From NCBI GenBank assembly GCA_905480105.1, contig CAJQPC010000113.1:26705-90704 (forward strand): a stretch of 64,000 bases of DNA. The letters run 5' to 3'. Made by a program: the position numbers and the translations under genes. Positions 46,473-54,537 of the stretch are shown here, one piece after another (position 1 is the first letter of the stretch; the number at the start of each line of letters is the position of its first letter). This DNA is from an uncultured bacterium (lineage in GTDB: Bacteria > Myxococcota_A > UBA796 > CAJQPC01). The notes beneath the pieces are model-generated. The model made no database searches. It was not told where the DNA came from and saw only the letters and a list, made by a program, of their open reading frames with translations.

Positions 46473-46500
46473 GCAGTGACTGTTTGGCAGTGACTGTTTG
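46473..46500. repeat. exact tandem duplication of a 14-nt unit
   Basis: GCAGTGACTGTTTG occurs at 46473-46486 and again at 46487-46500, in the 75-nt convergent spacer between MscS and the caspase-like gene. Confidence 0.9.
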
Positions 46501-46523
46501 TTGGCGACGATTTCAGTAGGGAC

Positions 46524-48251
46524 TCAGTCGGCTTTGCAGGCGCTCATGCTGCCTGCCGCTGACACGCAGAGGCTTAGGGCGCGGTCGCTGGGAGCTCCAG
46601 CTGCCTTGGTGTAGTCCAGCCACTCCCGGGCGTAGTCCAGGGTCACGCCTCGCCACTGGGTGGTCAGGGCGTCGGCTTTGGCGCTGGGATCGGCCACCAG
46701 GTTCTGCTCGGCGTCTTGCCAGAGCTCCGCCGCGGCCTCGGTGCGCAGGCGGTACAGACTGTTGACTCGGGCTTTGTAGAGTTCTCCCTTCCAGTTCTGC
46801 TTGTTCTCCAGGGCGCGGTTGGCCCACACGATGGCTTGCTCGCCTTCTTCCACGCCCGCCTTGTAGAGGTGTAGTGCAAACAGGAAGCAGAGGTCCGGGT
46901 CGGACTGGGTGATATCCAGCAGGTGGCGCTCGACTAGAAGGGCCCATTGGGCCTTGTCTCCACTGGCCTCGGCGTTGGCTATCAGAAGGCGAGATAGCTT
47001 GTCCTGCTCGGTCTGCGGTGCCTTGGTCATGCGCGTTTCAATGCAGGCGATGCGCCCAGGGGAGAAGCGGCCCATCAGGGCATCGGGCTCCATGCCTACG
47101 ATGTCTTTGCAGGTATTATCCGAGAGGAAAAAGCTGGTCGTAGGGGGGCCCTCGACTTTGGCCACCTGGGGTGTTTTAGCGTCCTGTTGGCGCAGCAGAT
47201 TCTCTTTGTCGGCCAGCAGCAGCTTGGCCTCTTCTACAACGCTTATGGGTGGGACCCACTCCACGCTGACCTGGTGCTGGGACCACTGGTCCACGAAGCG
47301 CTCCAGACTGTCAGTCTCCATCCGGCCGGCCTCTATCGCTGCCAACAAGGTCAACAGGGCATCTTCGGCTTGGTCCTGTGCGTAGCGCTCGGCCAGTTCC
47401 ATCCGACGGACCACATCCTCCTTGCCCCAGGCGACAAGCTCCTCGGTCCGGGGGCCGTCTGCGCGCACGCGCTTACCGGAGACCACCCAGTCCGGGAACT
47501 CGGTGCTCAAGTTGGCGCGCTGGGGCCTACCCAAAGAGCGGCTGGCCTGGCGCACCCAGAGCTGGGCTTCGTTCAGGTGCACCAGACCATCGCCGTCCAG
47601 ATCGCCCCAGCCTTGCAGCGCCCCCAGGGCGAGGTAGGTGAACAGTCCATGGCCGCTGGGCTCAAAGCCTCGGGCTCCGCCGCGCTCATCTCCCACCCAG
47701 AGCACGACCTTGTCGTTGGGGTCGTCGCCCCAGTCGATGACTTGGGGCGGGGTCGGTGCGAGCTCGCTGCGAGCGCTCTCATCAAAGCTAGCGTCGATGA
47801 GGATGAAGACCTTTTTTGCGCGGCTGCGGGCGGCTGCCTCCTGGAGGTCGAGCAAGGAGATGCCCGCCATGGGGTCATCGAGCGTGGTGTCGACTCCCAG
47901 CAGGCGGGGCACGCCGTCCACGACGCGGCCCTGGCCCGAGAAGGTGATCCAGAGGGTGCCGTCCTTTCTTACGCGCGCCATGGCCCGATCAATCGCGGCT
48001 TGCATTTCGCGGTTGCTGGGGTCCATCTCCACGCGGCTGCGGCTCTTGCTGGGGCCCCATGTCTCGAAAAGCCAGCTCGCTGCAGCGCTGGCGTCTGCCA
48101 GGGCGTAGGGCACATCGTTCAAGTGATGGTAGTCCTCGACTCCGAGCACCACGATCGCATCCCGCATACTGCGGACCCCCGTGTCAATGCTCTTATCTAC
48201 CGATGGCAGGTCTGCGGCCCAGGCGCTCGCGATCAAAACAGAGGTCATCAT
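46524..48251 (-). CDS. orthocaspase (peptidase C14)-like protein with substituted catalytic dyad, plus helical-repeat C-terminus
   Basis: AIVVLGVEDYHHLNDVPYALADA...LWITFSGQG...KKVFILIDAS...GHGLFTYLALGALQGWGDLDGDGLVHLNEAQLWV parallels bacterial caspase-domain proteins (xYFSGHG / LDaC / GxFTyaLl.gL.G.AD.dgDG.it..EL..Y). It has Q107 for His and S155 for Cys. Confidence 0.55.
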   Translation of the reverse strand: MMTSVLIASAWAADLPSVDKSIDTGVRSMRDAIVVLGVEDYHHLNDVPYALADASAAASWLFETWGPSKSRSRVEMDPSNREMQAAIDRAMARVRKDGTLWITFSGQGRVVDGVPRLLGVDTTLDDPMAGISLLDLQEAAARSRAKKVFILIDASFDESARSELAPTPPQVIDWGDDPNDKVVLWVGDERGGARGFEPSGHGLFTYLALGALQGWGDLDGDGLVHLNEAQLWVRQASRSLGRPQRANLSTEFPDWVVSGKRVRADGPRTEELVAWGKEDVVRRMELAERYAQDQAEDALLTLLAAIEAGRMETDSLERFVDQWSQHQVSVEWVPPISVVEEAKLLLADKENLLRQQDAKTPQVAKVEGPPTTSFFLSDNTCKDIVGMEPDALMGRFSPGRIACIETRMTKAPQTEQDKLSRLLIANAEASGDKAQWALLVERHLLDITQSDPDLCFLFALHLYKAGVEEGEQAIVWANRALENKQNWKGELYKARVNSLYRLRTEAAAELWQDAEQNLVADPSAKADALTTQWRGVTLDYAREWLDYTKAAGAPSDRALSLCVSAAGSMSACKAD

Positions 48252-48780
48252 GGCCGGAGTTTACACCTCGTTGGATTCAAGTTCTGTGACGCACCATTTG
48301 TTCATCCCCGGTCCGGAGCCCGCGCCCGCGTTTCGGGTACCTCTGCGTGAGTTGCCGGCTTACCGCTACCTACCTGGTCATGGACCGCATCCCTTCCGCC
48401 ATCCAGCAGGTCACGCCTACGTTGGGGGTCAAGCGCCCAAAGCGCCACTTTGGGACGCTGCCTTGGTGCCCGAGCAAGATCCCTTGTGGCTCTGGCCGAT
48501 GGATCTCTTTGACCACCGCTACTTCTGGGAAGCGCACGAGGCCTGGGAGGGGCTGTGGCACCAGCTGCCCCGTCAGAGCCGGCGGGCTCAGCTTCTCCAA
48601 GGCCTGATCCAAGTCAGCGCGGCGGTGCTCAAGTCTCACTTGGGTCAGGTGCGCGCCGCGCGTAGTTTGATGACGGCGGCCAGACCTCGTGTGGGGAATG
48701 GGGGCTGGACCGTGGATGGAGAGCGCCTGTTGGCTCGCACGGAGCGCTTCATGAAGGGGGGACCATGGCCTCTGATCTGA
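48250..48780 (+). CDS. DUF309 domain protein
   Basis: HRYFWEAHEAWEGLWHQ...LLQGLIQVSAAVLK is the DUF309 pattern. I chose start MAGVYTS (ATG 48250), which overlaps the divergent gene's start codon. Confidence 0.7.
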   Translation: MAGVYTSLDSSSVTHHLFIPGPEPAPAFRVPLRELPAYRYLPGHGPHPFRHPAGHAYVGGQAPKAPLWDAALVPEQDPLWLWPMDLFDHRYFWEAHEAWEGLWHQLPRQSRRAQLLQGLIQVSAAVLKSHLGQVRAARSLMTAARPRVGNGGWTVDGERLLARTERFMKGGPWPLI

Positions 48781-49517
48781 TCGACGCACGAGGCCAGGCG
48801 CTCCACCTCAAGGCGCTACCGCGGCGCATCATCTCTTTGGTCCCGAGCACCACCGAGAGCTTGTTCGCTCTGGGGTTAGGGGACCGCGTGGTTGGAGTGA
48901 CCCGCTTCTGCGAGAGCCCGGCCCAAGTGACGCAGCTGCCCAAAGTGGGCGGCACAAAGGATGTGGAGCTGGACCGACTCATCGCCCTGAAGCCGGATCT
49001 GGTCATCGGCAACGTAGAGGAAAACAGCGCCCAGATCGCTGAGCAGGTTGGCGGGCACTTCCCCCTGTGGATGGCCTTTCCCAAGTCGGTGGACGACGCG
49101 TTGCAGGACTTGCGTGATCTGGGCGTGATCTGTGGGGTCTCCGGTGCGGCCGAGGAGTGGGTCCGGCGCATTCAGGCCGCCCGGGGAGCCCTGCGGCCTG
49201 TGCCCTTCACCTACCTGTACCTGATCTGGCGAAAGCCCTGGATGGCGGCTGGGCAAGACTGCTTTATCTCGGCCTTGCTCCGAGAGTTTGGCGGAGAGAA
49301 TCTACTGCTTGGGCGCTACCCAGAGCTGACCTTGGAGCAGATGCAGGCGCTGCGTCCCCAGCGCGTGTTGCTCTCCAGCGAGCCCTTTCCCTTCTCAGAC
49401 AAGCACGGTCCAGAGCTGCCGGGTTTACGCACGCATCTGGTCGACGGGGCCCTCTGTTCCTGGCACGGTGTACGCTTGGAGCGCGCATTTGCAGAGCTGG
49501 GTTCGCAGCTGGGCTGA
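48765..49517 (+). CDS. leaderless periplasmic-binding-protein type 8 fold (BtuF/helical-backbone metal receptor-like)
   Basis: RIISLVPSTTESLFALGLGDRVVGVT...KPDLVIGN matches the TroA/BtuF-like N-lobe. No signal peptide. 16-nt overlap with DUF309. Confidence 0.6.
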   Translation: MASDLIDARGQALHLKALPRRIISLVPSTTESLFALGLGDRVVGVTRFCESPAQVTQLPKVGGTKDVELDRLIALKPDLVIGNVEENSAQIAEQVGGHFPLWMAFPKSVDDALQDLRDLGVICGVSGAAEEWVRRIQAARGALRPVPFTYLYLIWRKPWMAAGQDCFISALLREFGGENLLLGRYPELTLEQMQALRPQRVLLSSEPFPFSDKHGPELPGLRTHLVDGALCSWHGVRLERAFAELGSQLG

Positions 49518-49523
49518 GTGGCG

Positions 49524-50264
49524 CTACTGGGTTTGGTAGAGCTGCACGTAGCGATCGGAGACTACGGTGGCGACCGAGGCCCAGTCCATGAAGTTGTCGT
49601 TTCCGCTGCCGGCTTGGTCGCCGACGCTGTCCCGCTTGGTGCCGTTCTTTTCGGCGTAGCCGATGCCTTTTTCTCCCATGCCCACAAGGTGCCCCCAGGG
49701 GTCGTCCACGCGCAGGCCCTTGTCCTCGACCCATTGCAGGCGGATGATGTGGCGGAAGGAGCCTTGCTGGATGCCGAGGGTGGCTTGGGCGCCGGCTTGC
49801 ATGTGCGGGGTGATGTGGGTCTCGAACCACTTCTTGGCCGCGGCGGCGTTGGTGAAGGTTGGGGTGTCGATGGTCTGGGACTTGAGTCCGCGCTGTTTGG
49901 CGTAGCGCTCGCGCTGATCGCCATCGATTCGGCTGCTGTTTCCCTTGCCGTAAAAGTCTTTGTAGATCACCTCCTCACCCTGGGTCGTGGCCGTGTCCCC
50001 TACGTTCATGCCCAGGCCCTCGAAGGCCATGGCCATGGAGGTGAAGTTGCAGGTGCTGTCCGGGCTCTTGCTGTTGTCGCGCTGGTTTCGGTACCGCGGC
50101 GCGGCGTTGAGCTTCTCCAGCAGCTCAATGCGCTCGGAGTTGGACAGGCCTTCCCCAAGGACAGCTTGCCTGGCCGCCCCGATCTGGGTGGGGTCTTTTT
50201 GGGCTGCGTTGACCTGCTTATCGGCCGCCTTTGCAGCCTTGCTTCTGCGCTTAAACCAGCCCAC
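49524..50264 (-). CDS. C39-like papain-fold cysteine peptidase-like protein, no signal peptide
   Basis: YRNQRDN...STCNFTSMAMAFEGLG (Gln, then Cys-x-x-T-S-x-A-M) and RHIIRLQWVEDKGLRVDDPWG (His, then DDP) parallel the Q/C and H..(N/D)DP blocks of peptidase_C39-like domains. Basic N-terminus MGWFKRRSKAAKAADK. Confidence 0.4.
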   Translation of the reverse strand: MGWFKRRSKAAKAADKQVNAAQKDPTQIGAARQAVLGEGLSNSERIELLEKLNAAPRYRNQRDNSKSPDSTCNFTSMAMAFEGLGMNVGDTATTQGEEVIYKDFYGKGNSSRIDGDQRERYAKQRGLKSQTIDTPTFTNAAAAKKWFETHITPHMQAGAQATLGIQQGSFRHIIRLQWVEDKGLRVDDPWGHLVGMGEKGIGYAEKNGTKRDSVGDQAGSGNDNFMDWASVATVVSDRYVQLYQTQ

Positions 50265-50443
50265 AAGTGCTCCATGGAATGACAGGGGTGCGAATCATCG
50301 GTGAAAGACCACGGACAACACCCCCGTCTTCTGACAGCTCTGCGAATTGCGGTACTTCCGGGGCACCGCAATCGCCCCCGGGCCGTGCCCAGCGGCTGGG
50401 TTTCGCCGGCTGACCTTGTAGGAACCCACCTTCGGAGGCAGGC

Positions 50444-51391
50444 TCACTCGCCGATCTCTTCTTCGCCTGAGCAAATCTTGGAGAGGCTCTCGCTGGCTCC
50501 CAGGGACTTGTTCACGGCGTAGTTGAGCACAGCGGGGTCGTCCGGCTCCAGACCTGCACCAAAGGGCTCGGCCCAGACCGCCAGCATACGCAGCGTCTTG
50601 TCGTTGGGTTGCTGAACGTTGAGCTCGATGGAGAAGGCCTGAATCAGGCCGTTCTTACCATCCTCGTCCCACACCGCGTCGGTGTTAAAAGTCAGAATGG
50701 CCATCGCACCAATGTCTTCGCCATCGACGTCGTAGATGCCGTGACGCAGGTCCAGGCGCAGCTCGTAGGGGTCCAAGTCTGCAAACAGCACCTTGGATGG
50801 ATCGGCTTGGTTCTTGGTGAAGAGGATGGACTTCTCGTAGAGACTGTCATCGAAGCCCTCGGAAAAGGGATCCAGCGCGGTGTCGATGGGGTCGAACGCT
50901 GCCGCTGCCGATGCCCCCTGGAACGCGTCCTTGTCCGAAAGGTATTCGCGCTCGTAGGCGTCCCAGTCGCCGCTGAAGACGGCGTCTTGATCCGGGCGGA
51001 TCAGATAGGCTTCGGTCTCGATCCAGTCGCAGTCCATCTCCGCAAGGGACACGACACCCTTTGCACGCGACATGTCTCGGGGACCGGTGATTTCCTCCTC
51101 GCCGTTCAGGAGAAGTTCCGCGCTCAATGGCAGGTTGGCCACGTTGGCGTCGGAGAGCTCGCCTACGGTGTAGGAGTCTGTGTTGGAGCCGTCTGCGCTT
51201 TGACCGACCAGAAGGTAGCCCTCGGCCTCGTACCAAGCCATGAAGCCCTGAACGCCTGCTTGGAAGAGGGGATCGGACTCATAGAAGTTTTCGACCATGT
51301 AGCTGGTGCTGGCGTCTAGACCCTCGGGGGCGGGGGGCGGTGGCTTGCAGCCAAGCAGAGTGCCGGTCAGGGCCAGGGTCAGCATCATCAT
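50444..51391 (-). CDS. hypothetical lipoprotein
   Basis: Lipobox MMMLTLALTGTLLGC|KPPPP. Acidic, no motif recognised. Confidence 0.5.
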   Translation of the reverse strand: MMMLTLALTGTLLGCKPPPPAPEGLDASTSYMVENFYESDPLFQAGVQGFMAWYEAEGYLLVGQSADGSNTDSYTVGELSDANVANLPLSAELLLNGEEEITGPRDMSRAKGVVSLAEMDCDWIETEAYLIRPDQDAVFSGDWDAYEREYLSDKDAFQGASAAAAFDPIDTALDPFSEGFDDSLYEKSILFTKNQADPSKVLFADLDPYELRLDLRHGIYDVDGEDIGAMAILTFNTDAVWDEDGKNGLIQAFSIELNVQQPNDKTLRMLAVWAEPFGAGLEPDDPAVLNYAVNKSLGASESLSKICSGEEEIGE

Positions 51392-51451
51392 GGTTTTCTC
51401 CAGAGGTGGCCTACGATAGCCGCTGCCTGAGGGACTAGTCCACAGCTGCGT

Positions 51452-51820
51452 TTAGGGCATGTCTTGTGGAGTGGCTGGCAGACGCTGGCGAACACGCAGG
51501 GTGTGTGGTCGCACCACCAAACCGATCAGGCCCTGCACGGGGCGCTCCGCTTGGCATACCAGCCAGGGATCCTGTGGCCAGAACTCGATTTGGGTGGCGG
51601 CATTTGCGAAGGCCTCGTCCAAGGCCAAGTCGGGAGCGCTGAAAGCGGGCAGCGTGGCCTGGTTGGCGGAGCGGGCTTGCATGCAGGCTTGGGCCAGCTG
51701 CCCCTTTAGGAGTGCGCGCTCCAAGGCCAAGCCGGCCAGATCTACCCCCACCACCAACACGAAGAGCAGGCAGGGTAGAGCGGCTGTGAGTTCCAGTGTG
51801 CTGAGTGCGCGGCGCGACAT
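51452..51820 (-). CDS. TadE-like (Flp pilus assembly) family protein
   Basis: N-terminus MSRRALSTLELTAALPCLLFVLVVGVDLAG fits the TadE-like pattern (R-x-G/A-x-x-x-(V/L)E-x-(A/T)-x-x-L-P-x-L-L). 122 aa. Confidence 0.45.
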   Translation of the reverse strand: MSRRALSTLELTAALPCLLFVLVVGVDLAGLALERALLKGQLAQACMQARSANQATLPAFSAPDLALDEAFANAATQIEFWPQDPWLVCQAERPVQGLIGLVVRPHTLRVRQRLPATPQDMP

Positions 51821-51887
51821 GCGGGAACCCTACCCCGGCGAGCTGCGCCAAGGTCGGCTAAGGAGGGTGCTTGAACGGAGAGACGTC

Positions 51888-52415
51888 ATGCTGTTCCTGC
51901 TCTGCGCCACCGCGAGTGCCTCCCCAAATATTAGCTTGGTTTTGGGTCCGAACACGGCGGATAACACACCCGTTGGTGACTTTTCTCCAACGGGAAATTC
52001 GTCCTTTAACGCCACGTATTCTTTTTATGGGGATGTAGAGGTGGACGAGGTGGTTCAGGATTTTATTCTGCGCAATGATGGCGATGAGGCGCTCACTATC
52101 GCCAACGGCCAGGTCTGGGATGACGTGGAGCTGCCCCTGACCATGGGGACCTGCGAGGGAGACGTTGAGTTGGCCCCCGACGAGAGCTGCGTCTTTGGCT
52201 TGGGCGTGCTCGCCCAGGCTGCGAGCCCCGGCAACTACCAGTCTCGGGTAGAGTTCTTGAGCAACGACCCCAATGCGTTGACGTGGTCCTTTGAAGGGAC
52301 CTGGTCCAAGCCGGTGTCTGATCAGGGTTGTAGCAGCACGGGGTCCACGCAAGCTCCTTGGGCGCTTTTGGGTGTCTTTGCATTGCTCTTCCGTCGCAGA
52401 GAGCCGGTGGTCTAA
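51888..52415 (+). CDS. small ASH/choice-of-anchor-D-like surface protein with MYXO-CTERM-like tail
   Basis: ATG 51888 follows GGAGAGA. Signal MLFLLCATASA. VVQDFILRNDGDEALTI...CEGDVELAPDESCVFGL. Tail QGCSSTGSTQAPWALLGVFALLFRRREPVV. The upstream 143 codons of the ORF-track call are antisense to the TadE-like gene. Confidence 0.55.
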   Translation: MLFLLCATASASPNISLVLGPNTADNTPVGDFSPTGNSSFNATYSFYGDVEVDEVVQDFILRNDGDEALTIANGQVWDDVELPLTMGTCEGDVELAPDESCVFGLGVLAQAASPGNYQSRVEFLSNDPNALTWSFEGTWSKPVSDQGCSSTGSTQAPWALLGVFALLFRRREPVV

Positions 52416-52494
52416 GGGCACATCTTGAGGCAGGTGCTGGGTTTTAGCACCGCTGAATCTGCGCTCGGCCGTACCCCTTGTTCTGCGTAGGGGC

Positions 52495-52938
52495 CTATGC
52501 GTTGCCCTGGCTTGCCTTGGCTTGGCTGTAGGCCTGTAGGTAGGCCGAGATATCCGACGACTCGAAGAGGGGTTTGCCGTTTATAAACAGGCAGGGCACC
52601 TGTGTACGGCCGGTTTCTTCTTGCAGCTGTGCCCTGGCTTTGGGGTCCTGGCGGGTGTCCCGCAACTCGATGTCCTGGGCCAGGCCCAGGGGCTCGAGCT
52701 GCCGCTGTACGCGTTGGCAGAAGGGGCAGGAGTCAAACTTGTAGAGAACCAAACTTTCTCTGCCAGTCGGTGGCGCTGCGCCTGGAGGGAGGCGGGGCGG
52801 CGTGGGAGCCTTGGGCGCACGAGGGGGGGGGGCTGCACGTGCGGTGCTTGAGGCTGGAGGGTGTGAGGACCCTGTACGCGACCCAGCTCGGTTCCTGGTT
52901 CCCAAGAGACGGTTCAGAAAGCCCATGGACGACTCCAT
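52495..52938 (-). CDS. glutaredoxin-family protein with Pro/Ala-rich N-terminal extension
   Basis: LVLYKFDSCPFCQRV (CPFC) and TQVPCLFINGKPLFESSDI. The N-terminal 55 aa are Pro/Ala/Ser-rich. Confidence 0.7.
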   Translation of the reverse strand: MESSMGFLNRLLGTRNRAGSRTGSSHPPASSTARAAPPPRAPKAPTPPRLPPGAAPPTGRESLVLYKFDSCPFCQRVQRQLEPLGLAQDIELRDTRQDPKARAQLQEETGRTQVPCLFINGKPLFESSDISAYLQAYSQAKASQGNA

Positions 52939-52984
52939 TGTTTGAAAGGAAGGTAGTCACTCCGGTGAATATTCCAAGGCCGGG

Positions 52985-53323
52985 TCAAGGTTGCGCGTCC
53001 CAACGCTGAAGTAGTGCGTCAGCCACTGCGATTCGCCAGTCTTTGTGTTCTCGAAGGGTCTTGCCAAAGACACGCCAGCATCCAGATCCGGTCTCGACCA
53101 AACGGGTGAGCAAGCGCCCCGCGGTTGGGTCGTCCGTGAGCATCGGTAGCGGCTCGTCCAGTCGCACGAGCACTCCTTCGTGGCGTCGAAAGCTGCCGTC
53201 TGGGTAGATCTCTCCCATCTGCAGCTCCCACCGCCAGTTGCGGGCTCGAACCAAGCCCCAAGACAAAGCCCAGACCTTGGGTTTCATGTGAGGGAGTCGC
53301 TGCCAGTGGCTGAGTGGGCGCAT
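52985..53323 (-). CDS. hypothetical protein
   Basis: 112-aa ORF with protein-like Trp/Arg-rich composition and no motif. Alternative start MKPKVW at 53287. Confidence 0.35.
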   Translation of the reverse strand: MRPLSHWQRLPHMKPKVWALSWGLVRARNWRWELQMGEIYPDGSFRRHEGVLVRLDEPLPMLTDDPTAGRLLTRLVETGSGCWRVFGKTLREHKDWRIAVADALLQRWDAQP

Positions 53324-53517
53324 GAAATACCTGAACGCCTGTACAGTACTCTGTTGCCACTTGAGGGGCCAGTTCCTGGATCATTCCCGCTCCGTCCAAA
53401 CAGAAGATCGGGGTATTGACTCGGGGAGCAGTGCAATCCGTAGGTGCATGAATTTAGCGGCTGGCTTTCTTGATTCTCCCTTGGATGATAGACGAAGGCT
53501 CAAGAGTTTAGGCGGAC

Positions 53518-54537
53518 ATGATGTTGTGGTTGTTTTTGAGCGCTTGTGTGTTGTCCCGGGTGGACAGCGGTTCGCTGACAAAAGTGAGTCCGGAGGTGCT
53601 GGCCATCTCGGATGTAGGCATGGCCTGCGCGATGGGCGAGACCACCGTGCCCCTCATGACCGCGATGGACGATGAGAAGCTACGCCGGAGCATCGCCTTT
53701 TCCCTGATTTCGGCGGCAATGTGCTCGGAGATTCGGGTGTGGGATGCGGAGTTGGACCGGCGACAGGCCGTCTACTTGGCTGGGATGAGCAGCGAGCCTG
53801 CGACTTGGTCCGCTGTGGCCACGGATGCGGCCGCGCGCGAAACCCGGGCGCACATAGAGGCGGCTCAGCGCAACTTGTGGGTCTGGGAGGCCCTGGAGGC
53901 CGAGTACGGCACCGTCGGAGAGGAGTGCCCCAAGCTCGCTGAAGAGGAGCAGGTGCTTTATCTGATGGGCTTGGCGTCAGGTTCTCTTGCAGTGCTGCAC
54001 GATGGCGCTGCAGACCATGCGCTCGACATCAACCAAGGGGTCGCCCGGCAGGTGGAGCGGGGTGCAGCCTGTCTGGACAGCGGGAGCCTCTGGGGCGTGC
54101 CGGGTGCAGTCCGCGCATCCGTCTGGATTGCCGTTCCCGGGGCAGGTCCCCAGGGTGTGGATCCTTGGACTCAACTCGAAGCGTCGGCGATGCTGGGTGA
54201 CAGCCAGGGAGTTTGGCTGTCCCGTGCTCTGCACGCACAAGCCGCAGCATCCGCAGGAAACAGCGAGGCCTTGACCGCGGCATTCACTGCCCACAAGCGG
54301 GCCATGGAGAGTGGTGGTAGCCCCGACCACGGCTTGCTCAACGACTATTCCCACCGCATCATCCGCCACGAGTCGGACCGGATCTGGATGTCGGAGACCG
54401 GTCACCGCACCGAGAGCGGACGCTTTGGCGCGCAGCCACACGCGGAGCTCGAAGTGGACTTTGATCTGGATGCGTTCTTTGGCCCCGATGAGCCCGAGAC
54501 GCCCGTTGAACCCTTACAGGAGGAGAACTCCCCATGA
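53518..54537 (+). CDS. hypothetical lipoprotein
   Basis: Lipobox MMLWLFLSAC. Helical Ala-rich body. ATGA overlap with the next gene at 54534-54537. Confidence 0.5.
   Translation: MMLWLFLSACVLSRVDSGSLTKVSPEVLAISDVGMACAMGETTVPLMTAMDDEKLRRSIAFSLISAAMCSEIRVWDAELDRRQAVYLAGMSSEPATWSAVATDAAARETRAHIEAAQRNLWVWEALEAEYGTVGEECPKLAEEEQVLYLMGLASGSLAVLHDGAADHALDINQGVARQVERGAACLDSGSLWGVPGAVRASVWIAVPGAGPQGVDPWTQLEASAMLGDSQGVWLSRALHAQAAASAGNSEALTAAFTAHKRAMESGGSPDHGLLNDYSHRIIRHESDRIWMSETGHRTESGRFGAQPHAELEVDFDLDAFFGPDEPETPVEPLQEENSP

Noticed and set aside
51459-51887. First 143 codons of ORF 51459-52415 (+).
   Set aside because: They are antisense to the TadE-like gene. An RBS-preceded ATG at 51888 starts a clean signal peptide.
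53324-53517. AT-richer 194-nt divergent spacer with a TTGACT hexamer (about 53415) as a possible sigma-70 promoter.
   Set aside because: No acceptable -10 hexamer lies at 16-18 nt spacing. It is plausible promoter territory but not callable from sequence alone.
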